Assembly: GCF_009914755.1 (NCBI RefSeq) | Contig: NC_060926.1 | DNA: 64,000 nt | From: the human T2T-CHM13v2.0 reference genome, Homo sapiens | Reading direction: 5' to 3' (one strand) | Shown: positions 34,880 to 50,039 of the stretch, piece by piece | How positions within the stretch are numbered: the first letter of the stretch is position 1 | How the letters are laid out: every line of letters begins with the position of its first letter | Program-made: the position numbers and the translations under genes | The notes under the pieces: model-generated | What the model saw: the letters and a program-made list of their open reading frames with translations, nothing else | Databases searched by the model: none | What the model was told of the DNA's origin: nothing

Positions 34880-36172
34880 ACTCTAGCCCTCAGTAAGAGG
34901 GATCCCTGCCCTAGGCCTCATACTTTAGAGAAACCTACTTACCAAAAACAAAACAAAGTAAATACGCATGTATTAAAGAACACCTGGGCACTGCTGTCCC
35001 TCAGGACTCAGCACTCATTACTGCCACCACACAACCAGTAACCCTAAACATCCACTGTCATGGTCAACACTGTTCAGGCCCCAGGGAAAGTCTTTCCACA
35101 TCTTTCTCCCTGTATTGTCAAAGCAAAAAGCAACTGTGTTTGAATGCCATGGCCATTGTGGGCTGTGCTGCTGACATTGATATTGACAACACTTTAGAAT
35201 ATGGAAAACCTGAGCATTAGAACTGCTTGGCCAAAAGAATAGAGTTATCTTGTCAAATCTTTTCTCTTAGATAGCTTGAATTCAATAGATCTTGCATAAC
35301 TTTTGTTTCCCAGAAGTGCTGAGCATTCTTATCATGCTTTTGTGTCCCAATTCATGATTTTAGAGGAACTCGATGAATAAGCATGGTATTTACAACAGTT
35401 GCAAAAATATTTACCAATTCATATTACTCTTAAATTTATGTATGTATATAAATCTAGGTGTAACATTCATGAAGCATGAGAGTAAATCTTCAGCTTAGCA
35501 AGCAGATGGACAGTACTTCTCTGAAAAATAAGATTTAGTTCTTTTTCAAAAATGAAATATAAAATGTTAGCTTCATTTATACAACTTCAACTTAAAAATT
35601 TGATATTATTAATTGAAGGTTATACTTTGTCTTTTATTATAATACTTCTAAATATTTTAGAAGAAAAAAACTTTTGAAAGCATACATAAATATAATTTTA
35701 ACCTGTGTTTTATGTTTACTATGCATTACATTTTTATAAAAACATGTTTGTATAATTTTATTACAATTATAGCTTTTATTTCTTAGATCACTACTGTCAA
35801 TAGAAAGCCAAATGTGTGAAAATTTTGATCTCCATAATATTTTTTGTTAAAATTAAAGAAAACAAAGTACACATATGCCTTTATTTTATTACTCAAGCAA
35901 ACATCATCAACCATAAAAATGATGCAGATATGCTCCATAACAATTAAATTCTGTCATCTGTGATTTTCTGCCAACTTTCAGTCATATGAAAAGAATAGCT
36001 TTAAACATGTTTGTCAATTTTGCCATTAGGAAGGTACAACTGTCAAGCTAGGAGGATAGACATATTTTAGGTAATAGTTCATTAGTTTGATTTACAACTT
36101 TGAAGTATTTGGACCTATGTTATATGGGCCTCCTTATGCACTCTTGCCTTAGACTCCACAAATACAGGCCTA
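34880..36172. mobile_element. Zaphod/MER115-like hAT-Tip100 remnant
   Basis: Right end ttggacctatgttatatgggcctcc...cactcttgccttagactccacaaat resembles the MER115/Zaphod terminus; AT-rich interior; left boundary uncertain. Confidence 0.5.
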
Positions 36173-37224
36173 CAGCCATGTTCCCAATAATAAAGTAACA
36201 TTCAAGGGTGAGTTGTAACTATTTACACAAGGCCACACAAATAACATCTTTTTCATTCTTTAAGATCAAGAAGAAACATATTGAACTGAGAGATCATGAA
36301 AATATGGGGAAATTCCGTGGATCAGCCGGTGCTTGAAACGTCAAACATATGAACGGGTAAGAAGGAGGCTGCTAGGTATTCATCATGGAGGCTGGCTTCT
36401 TTTTGACTCATCAGGCTGCCTCTGTGTGGTATGACACAAGGTTTACCATTGTAAGCCTTCCCACCAGTCTGTCACAGTGACTGTGATTCCCAAGAGTTTT
36501 TTTTTTTTTAATTATTGAGTCACAGTAAGCTTGAGGGCTTTCCTCCAAATGCAAATGTCCCATGGCACAATAAAGCATGATCAACCACTACATTCTCTCT
36601 TATATCTGTCCACTGGAGTAGACCCTATTGGGTCCTTGGCAATGGGTCTGTATAAAGAAGGAGTATTAGGTGGGGAGCATGGCCCACTAAGCACTCTGCT
36701 TGAGGCAGGTTCAGGAAAGTGAGGACTGTGAGTGGTCGGTATCTTGGTGCTTGGGAAAGAAGCACATTGAAAGAGGGACGGGTAACATGATGGGCAAGAG
36801 GGCCTGAAGACAAATGCCACCTGCTTGATAATGACTCTTTGGGCTGGCCAACTCCCTTATTCCTAATTACCCTATCTGACTCTCTGGCCCCAGACCTCCT
36901 GGTGACGACACCCTCTCCAGAAGGCTGATAGATTCTTAAGAGAGAAAGGGGAGGAGCCAGAAGCCCAATGAGGGGCTCGAGTGTAAAGACTTGGGTCCTG
37001 ATGACCATGAGTCATCTCCTCAGAGTAGTCACCAGATTCTGGTGCTTCTGTGGCCCCTGTCTCTGAGAGGAAGCAGTCAAAGTCTCCTCCCTCTCAGGGA
37101 TGGACAGCAGTAAATTGTAGGTGTAGTACTTTCTATTCCAGATATAGACTCAGGAGAGCCCATTAGGCCCAATTCTCAGAGGCAGGGAGGGAGATACAGA
37201 GTGTGGCTGGAAGAATGCTGACAT

Positions 37225-37325
37225 GGGAGTGAGATCTGAGTGTCATCAACTGGGTGCATGACCTTGACTGAGTCATCATATTTCTTTGTGCCTCTGTTCC
37301 CTCATAAAAAGGTTGAAAACAAATG
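37225..37325 (+). mobile_element. MIR fragment
   Basis: tgaccttgactgagtca...ctttgtgcctctgttccctcataaaaa. Confidence 0.55.
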
Positions 37326-37344
37326 TTGCCAAAATCCCACCTAC

Positions 37345-37651
<307 letters not shown>

Positions 37652-38879
37652 ACCCATCTGCCTTTAACATGCTGCAGAGGGGAACCGGAAAAAGTGAAAT
37701 TCCTATGTCCAGTTTTAGCAGTGAAAAGGGCTAGCTCACAAAGAAACACCACCAGGTGCCCCATTCAGCCTGCCTGCTGAGAACTTGCTGGCCAAGAGGA
37801 TAACAGAGTACAGCATAACCTTGTCAAAGCCATTTCTAGATAACTGAAAGGCAGTCACATTCTTGACAAAATTGTTTCCTTCTCTGTTTATCCGAGTGAT
37901 TCAGATGTCCCTGCAACAGCTGGGGATACACAAGATGCAACACGTGATAGAAATCTGTACTCCTAAGAGCTGGGAGGAAAAGGGCTGGGACTTCTTTTGG
38001 GTTTTTCCTCTGGCAGGAGTCAGCCTTCTCTGGCTAAAATCAACCCCCACTGGAGCTGGGCCCCTGAGTCCTGGAGTCTCGCCAAGGTGGTGGCCTCAGG
38101 GACTTGATGTTCTAAACAGATGACCATTTGTTTTTGTCATTACACTTGTGATTCTGAAAAAGACCTTTGGCCTCTTTTATACCTCCATTTTTCCATCTAT
38201 ATAATGAAGATAGCACTATCTATCTGTTCCCTTTACTGATTCACAGAAAAAGCATGAAAATCAATGAGGTAGCATGTGTGAAAGAAACTCTCCCTAGCCA
38301 AGAGAATCTTGCTGCTTGGTCTGGTAAGAGACTGCTCCTAATGGTAGACCAAGACACACCGATGAGCTTGCGAAGAAAGAAAAGAATAGCGGGAAGCTTA
38401 AAGGAGATAAAAGACAAGTTTTCAACAGGAATACTGAAATGACTCAATAAACTGCCTCCCCTGGTCAGGAATGGCCCTAGCAATAAATGAGAAAGTAAAA
38501 TTTGTCATTTCCTACCCACTTAAATGCCCTCAATTTGCCTATGTGTGGTCCAGAGCTCTGCATTCCCGACCACTCTTTCCCATACTCATTCTCTGCCCAC
38601 ATTCTGAAGAACTTTTCTAGAAAATGGTCATATTTATACATCAATTTCTGGGTGACTACTGCGAGGTAAATGTAGTTGCTCTTTTAAAATTGATGGCACG
38701 CTGTCTTAACTCAAAGTAGTGACCAACACTAGGGATTTCAGATATATGGAGGAGGAATGGGGAAACGTTGCCACCCCAACTCACATAATGTATAGGGTCA
38801 CCTAGTCCATGCAGTGAAGGATCATCCCTCTCTAAAGACATGTGGTCTGGAGAGAAAGACAGCTACAAAGGTCTGGCAG

Positions 38880-39090
38880 AACTTTATGCTTTCAAAGCTG
38901 TGCAGCTCCCTTCAGTTAATTCTCAGAATAATTGAGGTAGGTAAGCATTATTGTTAACATTCCTCTTCCACAGAGGAAAAACACAGAAACTCATGGATGA
39001 AGTAGCATCCCCAAGACATACAGGTTAGTACACAGAGAAACCTGGATGTGAACACAGCCTGCCACCCCAAAGATACTAACCATTGTGCCT
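38880..39090 (-). mobile_element. MIR
   Basis: aattctcagaataattgaggtaggtaagcattatt...cacagaggaaaa. Confidence 0.55.
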
Positions 39091-39649
39091 AATACCTCTT
39101 AGGAGAGAAAGCACTCTAAGAAGCTAGATCCATACCTATGAGGGCCCTTTGATGACTTTTTCTTAGCAAAACAATTCAGGACTTCAGAGCTGTTCTTGAG
39201 GCCTAAGCTCTATGATATTACCCTTTGGCTTTGCTTTTACCATCTGGATTTATGAACCAAAGGCAGGGAAGGAAAGTTAATTGCAACTGTAACTTGTCTC
39301 ACTGGATTCATCTAATCGTTCACCTTTGCTCAATGGGCCTGTCTTCACTGAGGGATCATAACGGGAGATGGAGGGGATGTGGAAGGTGGGAAAAGAGAAA
39401 TTGCAGGTGCAACTTTGGAACCGCAGGCACTAAGTAAATACCAAGGGCAATTCTTCACCTCCAAAGTCTCAAACAGTTGCATCTCTCAGCAAAGTTAAGG
39501 CCTAAAGCACAGAACATTCCCTTCTAGGGGCTTATGCTTGATCACATCTTTATAGTCCTCTGTGGAGCCTTTAAATTTGGCAGTGACCTCCCGGGTTATG
39601 TCCCTTGGCCCTCTTCTCATGTATGTGAAGCAGAGATCATGTTTTTAAA

Positions 39650-39780
39650 TCTCATTTGACAGATGAGGAAACTGGAGACCCAGAGTTGTTAAATGTCTCG
39701 CCTAAGGTCACACAGTTAGTAACTAGGAAAATTGAGATTAAACACAGATTTCCTAACTGCCAGACATAGATTATTTCCAA
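39650..39780 (-). mobile_element. MIR
   Basis: catttgacagatgaggaaactggagacccagag...cctaaggtcacacagttagt. Confidence 0.75.
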
Positions 39781-39879
39781 TCATCCCCCCAGCTTCTTAA
39801 AATCCTTATAGTTCCATATTCCACTCCTAATTTTGTATCTAATAGAAAAGACTATATATATATTATCAATACAAAAGAT

Positions 39880-40666
<787 letters not shown>

Positions 40667-41362
40667 TAGTTGTTTTTAAAAACCATATAGCTCCTTTTGA
40701 GCCATCCTCTACCTAACCCAATCCCCAAAGACGCTCTCCTTCCTCAGGCTTGGGTCTGTAACAAGGTCATTGCTGATGCCATAGTAGAAAGGGACCTGAC
40801 CAATACTGATTAATCATTATTCTAATCACAATATAGTCCTTTCCTCCTCTTTGTGAATACAAATTTAGGGTGATTGCAGCATCACTCTAGGCAAAGGCTT
40901 TCCTTTTTTCCTGCCTGGGGATCACTTAGTAAAACAAACAGAAGCAGTTATTATTATTTTTCCCATTAAATAAGCCTAGTAAACAGTTGGACTAGCCTTT
41001 GAGGTTTAAGAGACATTTCAATTGTAGAAGGCTGAAAAGATACAGAGATGGAACAGATAGAGTAAAAGAGGGGACAAAAAAGGTGGGGAAGAAAGAGGAA
41101 AAAGAGGAGACCTGAGAGCTAGAAGCAGACTAGCTGGAAGGGCTAAAACAGAGCTGCAAATACTCTTCTTGCAAATCAGGCAAGTTGCTGGTGGGGCTGC
41201 TTTTGAGCCACCCCATGGCTCCCAGATCCAGAGTGAATGTCAAGAGCCTGGGGACCTTTCCCATCTCTATCCATGAAAGTAAACTGAACTTCAGCTGAGC
41301 CGCTCCACATTCTCCGCCAGCTCAGGGACACATATGCAATCCAAGATCAAGAGACAGGACAC

Positions 41363-41695
<333 letters not shown>

Positions 41696-41976
41696 TCAAT
41701 AAGTAGGCATGATGGCAAAGTTGGGGGACAGTTTTCTGCCCCATTGCCTGAGTGAAGACAGAATTAGTTTCAAAGTGATGGGTTTCCTCTAAGGAGAGGC
41801 CAAGACTCTGCCCTGGGTTGTCTCCACTCGCAGAGGGGATGCAGCTCTTGTGAGGGTAATCCCTGGCTAGGGGAGTCCCTAGTTCATGTGAGGGGAGTTC
41901 CTGGCTATTTTGTTACTGCTGAGCGCTTGCCTGGAAATGCTGCCTGATGAAGAAGGAAACTTCCTGCCTGGCCATG

Positions 41977-42515
41977 TATATTAGTCAGGGTTCTCCAGAG
42001 AGACAGGGACACATATGCAATCCAAGATCAAGAGACAGGACACAGCCGGGCACGGTGTCTGATGCCTGTAATCCCAGCACTTTGGAACCCATAGGAAACC
42101 CACAGATACATATGAGGGGATTATGATGGGAATGGCTCGCACAGTTTTGGAGATCAAGAAGTCCACAACATGCCTTCTACAAGCTGGAGAACCAGAAAAG
42201 TTCATGGTGTAATTCAGTCGGAGTCCGAAGACCTGAGAATCAGGGGAGCCAGTGTCCAGGGCATGAGAAGATGGATGTCCCTGCCCAAGAAAAGGGAGCG
42301 AATGTGCCCTTCCTGCACCCTATTGTTCTATCTGGGCCCTCAACATCCTGGGTGATGCCCACTCATGGGGTGAGGGTGGATCTTCTTTACTGGGTCTACT
42401 GACTCAGGTGCTGTCTCTTCCAGAAACACCCTCCTGACACACCCAGATATAATGTTTTCTCAGTTATCTGGGTATGCTGTAACTCAGTCAAGTTCACATG
42501 AAGTTAATGTTCACA
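41977..42515 (-). mobile_element. MLT2B-like (ERVL) solo LTR carrying an ~80-bp foreign insertion
   Basis: tatattagtcagggttctccagagagacag ... cagtcaagttcacatgaagttaatgttcaca; TSD ccatg/ccaag. Confidence 0.88.
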
Positions 42516-42634
42516 CCAAGACACCTCAAACACCAGGGAGGAGGTTCTGAGGACCTAAGGCAGTGGGGATGCCGGCATTGCCTGTGTTGCGGACACTCAG
42601 TGCAATCTCTTAAGAAAACCAAATAAAATCAGTT

Positions 42635-42762
42635 GGTGGAGTTTATTAAAATGTAGATACCTGCAAAATCTGAATCTCTAAGAGCACTGCCAGATAATCT
42701 GCATTTGAACAAGCTCCTCCAGGTAACTCTTACCCATATCAACATTCAGGAATCACTGCTCT
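42635..42762. mobile_element. MER5-like hAT-Charlie fragment
   Basis: aaaatgtagat...aatctgcatttgaacaagctcctccaggtaactct...gaatcactg. Confidence 0.65.
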
Positions 42763-43956
42763 CCTGGTTTAGAAAGCTGGGAGCCTGGTATCCCTTTCAA
42801 AGACAGTTGAATACTGGACTTTCCTCAGTTTACAGAAAGGAAAGGGAACACCTCCCTATAAAATAACCAAGATCTTTCCTGCCCTGGTTATTTCTCACAA
42901 AAGGCTTCTTATGCATACTCAGTTACATATTCCACACAACAGACTTAAAGGGGGAAATCTCTTCTTTCAATTATTTGCCATTCCATGGAAAAGCACGCAG
43001 GCAGACAGGAAGGCAGAAGGCCATAGTGAGCTGTTGCTGAGTTGAGCACAGTGCAAGGCCCAGGCCTCTCGTCTGATATAATCCCAATTTGTCCGCATAA
43101 CAGCCCTAGGAGCTACAGGTCATTACTCCTATTTTATGGTAGAATCTAACACTCTTGCTGGGCATTCCTGACCATGCAGCCTTTGCTCTCCGTGTAGAGT
43201 ATGCTGCAATCACTAGGACCCCAGAAAATGGAATGTCATTAAGGAAGGTTCGAGGCCAGAGAATTAATCAGGATCTAGAGAGCATAAGCCTGTTCCCTCC
43301 ACCAGCACTTTCTCCTCAAAAATCATCCCATTTTTCTCAGTTTCATACCTGGCTTGGGTTTCATCGCCCCCACTGGTGATCAGAGGCAAACCTCTGCCCC
43401 TCCCTCCAACACTGTTGGCTAAAAGATTTCCCCAAAAGGATATGCTTCTACGCACACACAGCCCAAATGTCTTGGGGTGGGGTAGAGACCCTGGGAAAAA
43501 AGAAGGTTACACCTGTACCTGAGTCACTGCAACATGGAACACAGCAGGACAAACATAGCCTGTCAGGTCACGTCTGCCCAGGCTTTGAGGCAGGTGTTTC
43601 CAGAATGTGTGTCATGCTGTTTCCAACCAGGTGGGTCCAGACGTCTTGGCTGCATGCCTCACTGAGAGCCCCACCTCCAGCCCCATGGGGGTGCCCTGCC
43701 CCTTGCCAAGGAGCAAACTTTCATATCTTACAATATAGTCAAAGGCTTTCATGTTGTAGCAATAACTAGGGCATGGGCCCAAGAACCACAAGAGATGGTC
43801 TGTGGTGACGGAAGCTGGGTACAGTTCATCTGGGGAGACGGGAGCCAGGTTAGGAAGCTCCAGCCTGCTAATAGAAAGAGACATGAATGAGAGGCATGGC
43901 GTTTCCTTTCTCCTTCTCTCTGCAGTGTCTTCATCTGCAAATTTGGAATCAATTAT

Positions 43957-44452
43957 TGCCTTACTTTGGTTCCCCCAAAAGCAGACTATGAGAAAAGGAT
44001 TTGGACACAGGTACTATTTTATTTCAGAGGCAATCAGAGGAAACACAAGCGAAGGAGAGAGGAAAATGAGATAAGGAGCACAGAACAGCCAGGAAATAAG
44101 CTGGGTACCATGAAGTTCTATCCCTCAATCCCTTTAAGACCCATGTATAATGCACCAGAGAATTGTCCCACCAAAGGATGGAGAAATGGGTATGCATCTA
44201 CTAACTCCCATCCTGGATTAGTTGAGGATAGTCCCTGAGGACAAATTAAAATCCCTATAATTCTGTGCTGCCTTGTACATGGGCAGAGCAAGCTACCACA
44301 TAGAAGAAGAAAAAGGCTTCAGGCATGGAAGCTAAGAGAGAAGGGGACTTGAAATGGGAAGCTACTAGTGGGCAGGGGGGTTATGCCTACTATACCTACA
44401 GGTTTCCTTGGAGTGGGGCCAGGGAGGTGGTTGATACACCAATATCATAGGC
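43957..44452 (-). mobile_element. LTR33-like (ERVL) solo LTR
   Basis: tgccttactttggttcccccaaaagcagactatgagaaaaggatttg resembles the LTR33 terminus. Confidence 0.6.
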
Positions 44453-45182
44453 TATACTTATCTTCCCCATGGAGTGTTAAGATTAAATGAGGCAACATAG
44501 AAAACCTTGGCACTCTGGCACACAGCACACATGCAAGAAAATGCCTCAATTATTATTAACTTTGAGATTTACATCACACTCCATAAACTCTTCTCGCCAG
44601 ACTGGCCACACAAATGCCTCTCTCTGCCTAAGTTCAAACCAAAAGCTCCTGGAGACCAGCACCTGCTGAGGCCAACGTGTGAATAAATAGAGAGGTCACT
44701 GGGCACAAGGCCCTGTGGAACTACCCAGAGAATGGTCAGCCCAACTCAGCACATACTCTCCACAGAGCCACTGGCTGGCTGAGAATTCACTCTGTCTGCT
44801 CTGTGAAGTCATCTTACCCTGGACAGGAGCCTTAACTAAATTCCCTTGTGATCTCTTGGCACTCACATCCTCAAATGTCCACAGCATTCTCAATTTATCT
44901 TCTACTGTTCAAGTTCCATGACTAGAACACTCGAGCCAAACAATGCAGAAACCCAGCCAAGCGGATGCCTTCAGGATTCACATGGAACCCGTGGAACTCA
45001 TGGGCATTAAACACACACTAAGCCTGTGCCTGGATCATAGACAATGACTGTGGCTACACAAATGCCTCTCATTTAGGAAAAATAGAACCTGGAATAAGCA
45101 TTAGCTGTTGGGGAGCCAATAATCTTACCCTGACATCAATAAAAGTGATTTACCTAAGGTCATTCAGATGGTCCTAATTTTG

Positions 45183-45640
45183 TTCCTTCTCGCATTTATT
45201 CAATAGGCATTAGTTTAGCATCTACTATACACCAGGTGATTTTTAACTATATGCCAGATGCAAATAACACAGCAAGAAACAAGACAAGTCCTCCACTGTG
45301 ATGGTGCCCACGTTCTCCTGTGGAAAACAGACAGTAAACAGGTAAATAAATAAAGATGGTATTTCAGATAGTGATGTGTGCTATTAAAAAAAATAAAGCA
45401 GGCTGAGAAGATAGTAAGTGATAGGATGGAGAATGGAGTTCTCTTTTTAGATAGAGTTGTGAGGAAAAGTTTGCTTAGAATGTGGCCTGTGAACAGGATG
45501 AGAAAGAGAGAGCCATGCAAAGATCTGGAGGAAGAGCACAGGAGACAAGTCAACAGCAGGTGTAAAGGCCCTGAGGCAAGAAGGACCTTGAATGCTTGAG
45601 AAATGAGACAGGCAGTCTGGCTAGAACCTAGTGGGTGCCG
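45183..45640 (-). mobile_element. L2a-like fragment (degenerate L2 may extend to ~46500)
   Basis: catttattcaa...atttcagatagtgatgtgtgcta...gagccatgcaaagatctgg...aaaggccctgaggcaagaa. Confidence 0.75.
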
Positions 45641-46198
45641 AGCTCTGTGAAGTCAGATGTAGGCAGACTCCACTCAGAAGGAAGACAGAACCTGTGGGTT
45701 CAGATGCAGGTAGGTTCACACATTTCATGCTAGACATGTAAAGTGATTCCCATCTATGGCTTTTTTGTCTTGGGGAAATAAGAAGTAAGATCCTCAGCAT
45801 AAAGGGAGGAACAAAAAAAAATGCTGATGCTTTGAGGGGAGAGGAGGTTCGAAATATCTTGAAGAGAGGGCAAGTAAATTCACAAAGGGAGTGTGACAAG
45901 ATTGTGGTACTGATAAGGTGTCATCATAAATTTAAAGTCAGCACAGCTCTTAATTTTTACAGCCACATCTAGCTACTTGAGTATGGGCCCAGGGTAAACA
46001 GAGACTTGGGATTTTTGACAAGAAAGTTCAATGGAGAACAAGTGGATAATAGGGCTCAAACATCCCTGGATGTGTGCTTGTATCATTAACCATGAATCCG
46101 AGCCTGAGGCAGGCAATAGAGTCAGTGAATCCAAGGTCCCACGGGGGGTTGAACTGGAGGTGCTGAAAAAGTAGGGTGCGATGTTCAGAAAGGAGAAG

Positions 46199-46498
46199 CT
46201 TGAAATCAAAAGCGTAGAAAAGGAACAGTTAAAGGTTATGAAGAGGACTAGGTACAATCATGGAAATGTGTGGCACCTACTATAAGCCACGACATGGTAA
46301 ATAAGGACCAGATCAGAGTGAATGGTACAAGGGGATATTAAAGACCTGCCTGAAATCAAAAGCGTAGAAAAGGAACAGTTATAGGTTATGAAGAGGACTA
46401 GGTACAATCATGGAAATGTGTGGCACCTACTATAAGCCACGACATGGTAAATAAGGACCAGATCAGAGTGAATGGTACAAGGGGATATTAAAGACCTG
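46199..46498 (+). repeat. 150-bp tandem duplication (2 copies, 148/150 identical)
   Basis: 46199-46348 vs 46349-46498; mismatches only at 46200/46350 and 46232/46382. Confidence 0.97.
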
Positions 46499-46619
46499 TA
46501 AGACACAGTGTCTGCCCACCATGAATATAAAATGCAGTTGACAAGACAGACCCATAAGCAAGTAACAATAGCCAATAATTCCACATTGAACAATGGTGAA
46601 ATGTTAACTTTATTTAAGG

Positions 46620-46820
46620 TTGAGTTTAGCCAGCTTTCATAAATGTTCTCTGTGACACATATAACATTATCTCCACTAGTTTATTATCCTTACATTATAA
46701 ATGAGGACATTGAGACTCAAAAAGAAGCAAAGCCACTTGTCCAAAGCCCAACAGTTAAAGTAAGGCAAAAACCAACACAACTGCTGTGTCTTCTGACTCC
46801 TGGCTCGGTTCTCTGTAGAC
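46620..46820 (-). mobile_element. MIR
   Basis: attataaatgaggacattgagactca...cacttgtccaaagcccaacagt. Confidence 0.6.
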
Positions 46821-46849
46821 TAAAAAACAGAACTTGACACACGACATCA

Positions 46850-47060
46850 TTAGATCATAATCTCTGAGATCAGATTGCTTGGATTCAAATCCCAGCTTCC
46901 CACCTTTGGCCAAATAAACATGAACAAGTGACGTCTTCTCATTGTGCCTCAAATTTCTATAAAAGCAGGATATTGTAGTATCTACCTCAAATGGTGATGT
47001 GAGAATTAAATGAAATAAAGCTGGAATAAACCTTGCCTGGTACATAATAAGCACTCAGGT
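46850..47060 (+). mobile_element. MIR
   Basis: ggattcaaatcccagcttcc...gtgcctcaaatttct...gagaattaaatgaaataa...cctggtacataataagcactca. Confidence 0.75.
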
Positions 47061-47896
47061 GTTACGATACTAAAGTGAAGATTTATGATGCCTGCTATAA
47101 GCACTACTATCCTGCCTTCTCAGATGCTATCAAGAAAATCCAGAAGACAAGCCACCTGCCCTCTCCACCCCTGTTGTCCCTTTGATAGAGGCTTCATGGA
47201 AGATTAGGGTCTTGAGCAAGGTGATGATGGTGGACAGAGATTCTCAGACTTATATCCATGGAAAGGTAGAGGGAGGGCTTGTCATATGAAATAATAGCAT
47301 GAGCAAGGACCTGAAAGGGGGCCTTGGTGGGGGAATGTTCATGATGCAGTGAGGAAATCAGGCATCCCAGAAAAGGTAGGTCCTGGGAGCCCTGGGCCAG
47401 GGGAAAACTGAGCAAGTCTGGGGATGGGTTCCCTGTCAAGCTTCTCTGCTCTTTCAGGTGCACCCATGGAAAAATAGAAAATAATGCTGCTTGCCCTCCC
47501 TTCTTCTTCTCTTCTGTTGGCCTCTGTGAGCAGGGAGCCATTCCACATAAACATTGAGCCCAAAAGAATCCATCTGAAACTGTCTCCTAATGAACCGAGT
47601 CCATCAGAAGTTATGGGAGCATCAAGGCGAAAGGGCTCCTCATCTCATGTTGAATCCAATATCCATTTTAATGCCCTGTGCATTTCCCCTGCCCCCAGCT
47701 GGGAGATGAAGAAAAATAGTGTGTGAAATAATGTTGGCTTAAACTTCAATGAGAATAAGAAGATTTTGAATGATAGTGGACACTCTGTTCTTAACTGACC
47801 TTATTATGAGCAGCTATTGAAGAATTTTCAGGATAATGAGCTATCTCATCTTCCATATAACAAGCCGTGAGCAGATTGCTCAGATATTATGGTCTC

Positions 47897-47929
<33 letters not shown>

Positions 47930-47983
47930 GAAAAGAAAAGGATATCAATGGCTTCCGTAGTAAAAAAAAAAAAAAAAAAAAAA
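47897..47983 (+). repeat. A13(GAAAA)6G tract followed by a separate A22 run
   Basis: Direct reading of 47897-47940 and 47962-47983. Confidence 0.9.
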
Positions 47984-48679
47984 TTACACTGTGGTTGGGG
48001 CTACTTCTCCAGTCAGGCTCTCTGCCATGAGGGATCCCAGGTCTCACGAAGGCACATCTAAGGTAGTGTTTGCCCCACCAGCCGCACAGCCCCAGTCCTG
48101 CTTACCCTGGAGTTGTTGAGCTCCCAACACATTGCCACATAGGCAAAATCTGTCTTCAACACAACTCTCCATCCTCTTTGGTATTTGCTAAACCACCAGC
48201 AAGGAACCCCACCCCCCCAAACAACATCTTCCCCAAAACCCAGCCTGAAATGGCCATCCCTGACTTAATATTTATTTATTTTCTCATGGAAAACCATTGA
48301 TGAGTATCTTATATGTGTTCATCATTGAATATAACAAATATAGTTTCTGCCCCCACAAAGCTAGCATAGAAGATGGATGTTAAATTTACAACCCCATAAA
48401 ATACGGTAAGTGCTGTGGTCAAGGAACTACAGGAATTAGCAGTACTGAGCAGAAAGGGACCTAAGCTCCCCTGTCGGGGGTCAGGAACAAGTCAGGGAAC
48501 ATCTTTGCTTAAATATCTAGTGCTTGTTGTTGACATTCAGGGCATGCTCATGCCGATGTAGGCCAACCTACATAGACACGCACAGAATTACACACCTTGG
48601 TCCTGAAGATCACCGACCCTTTATTTCTGTGCCTCAGGCAGGTCCTTCAGAAGACAACTTGCTGAGCAGCTAAGTGAAG

Positions 48680-48840
48680 AAGAGGAAGTACCAGGATGGA
48701 ATCCTCGTTTCAGATCTGCCAGTGACTTGCTATGCAAATGTGGGTAAAATACTCAACAGCCCCTCTGAGTCTCAAATTCTTCCCCCTAAGAGTGAGGGAA
48801 TTCAACAAAACGGCCTTTATACAACAACATTCTATAAATC
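48680..48840 (+). mobile_element. MIR fragment
   Basis: gacttgctatgcaaatgtgggtaaa...ccctctgagtctcaaattct. Confidence 0.5.
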
Positions 48841-49264
48841 CACAATCATTGAGGGCTTGGGAGAGATAGCTAATATCCCTCGCCCCTTCCCCAATTTAGC
48901 CCTCTCAAACCTCAAATATTATAAGCTCCTTATAACTAGCCCTCTGTAGACAAAGTTCCCAACTTTATGTCAGAGTTTCTATGGAAATGAGACTTGGGCC
49001 CTGCCTTCAAGTTGTCTACACTCAATTGGGAGAAGAGAAGTTAGTTGAGTTACCACTACATGAGACAGTAAATGACAAAAAGCTGTCGAAAGCAGACTAC
49101 AAATCCATGCTAGTGTGGCACAGAGGCAAGCATGACTCTTCGCTGCCTTCCCTGATACCTCGACACTCTACTGAATAGGTTGACATTCAAGAGAGAGCAA
49201 GTACATTTCTCAGGTGGCCAAAGAAACTTTGTCCCCACATGTAAAAGGAAACATACTCCTAGCC

Positions 49265-49452
49265 TGGGTTTCTCAACCTCAGTACTACTGATACTTTGAT
49301 ATTGTTGTGGGGGTGGCCCTGCACATTGCAGGATGTTTATTTAGCAGCACCCTGACCTCTAACCACTCCCCAGGAGCAGCCCCGACCAACCAAAAATGTC
49401 TCCAGACACTGCCAGATGTCCTCTGAGGAACAAAAGCATCTCCAGTTGTTCT
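49265..49452 (+). mobile_element. MER20 (hAT-Charlie)
   Basis: tttctcaacctcagtactactga...cacattgcaggatgttt..agcagca...accaaaaatgtctccagacactgccagatgtcc. Confidence 0.85.
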
Positions 49453-50039
49453 AGCCCAATACACGAAGAAAAAAATAGAGGATTATCCAAAAAGATATTA
49501 ACCATTTTAGATACATGAATAGAAAATCACTTCAAGACAGACGAGTTTTGCTCTTTGAAAAGCCCCTCCTGGTACACTCAAGCTTCCTTGCTCTCCCTTG
49601 TGGCAAAAATATTTGAATTATTCAATTATACCCTGAATTTGGAATGGGAATTGAGGGTGTTAGGAAAGTAACGTGTAGAATAAAAGTTTTTTTTGTTGAC
49701 AAGAAAATAAATTCCTTGCTGTGACTTCCAAAAGTCACCCATTCAGCCTGCATGGTAACTGAAAACAGTGTCAGTCTGGCCAGAAAGGCATCAGTGACCA
49801 ACCGAATCATTCTAGACCATTACCCCCTATCCACCGGGTGATGCTTGTCAGAGGAGAAATCATTAGGGGACATAGGGATGGTAGGCATGCTAGGAAGCCG
49901 CCTTGGACATTTGTCCATTAATAAGCACTTTCACCAATGACCTCGGAAGAGAGTTTTACTAAGTGGTGACAAAGTTTTTACTTTACAAGCCTTAAGAAAC
50001 TGTTCCCTTGCTACTAGCATTCACTTTGGCTTTCATTCT

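Noticed and set aside
46199-46498. CRISPR-like or satellite array
   Set aside because: Only two adjacent copies, no spacers, mammalian context
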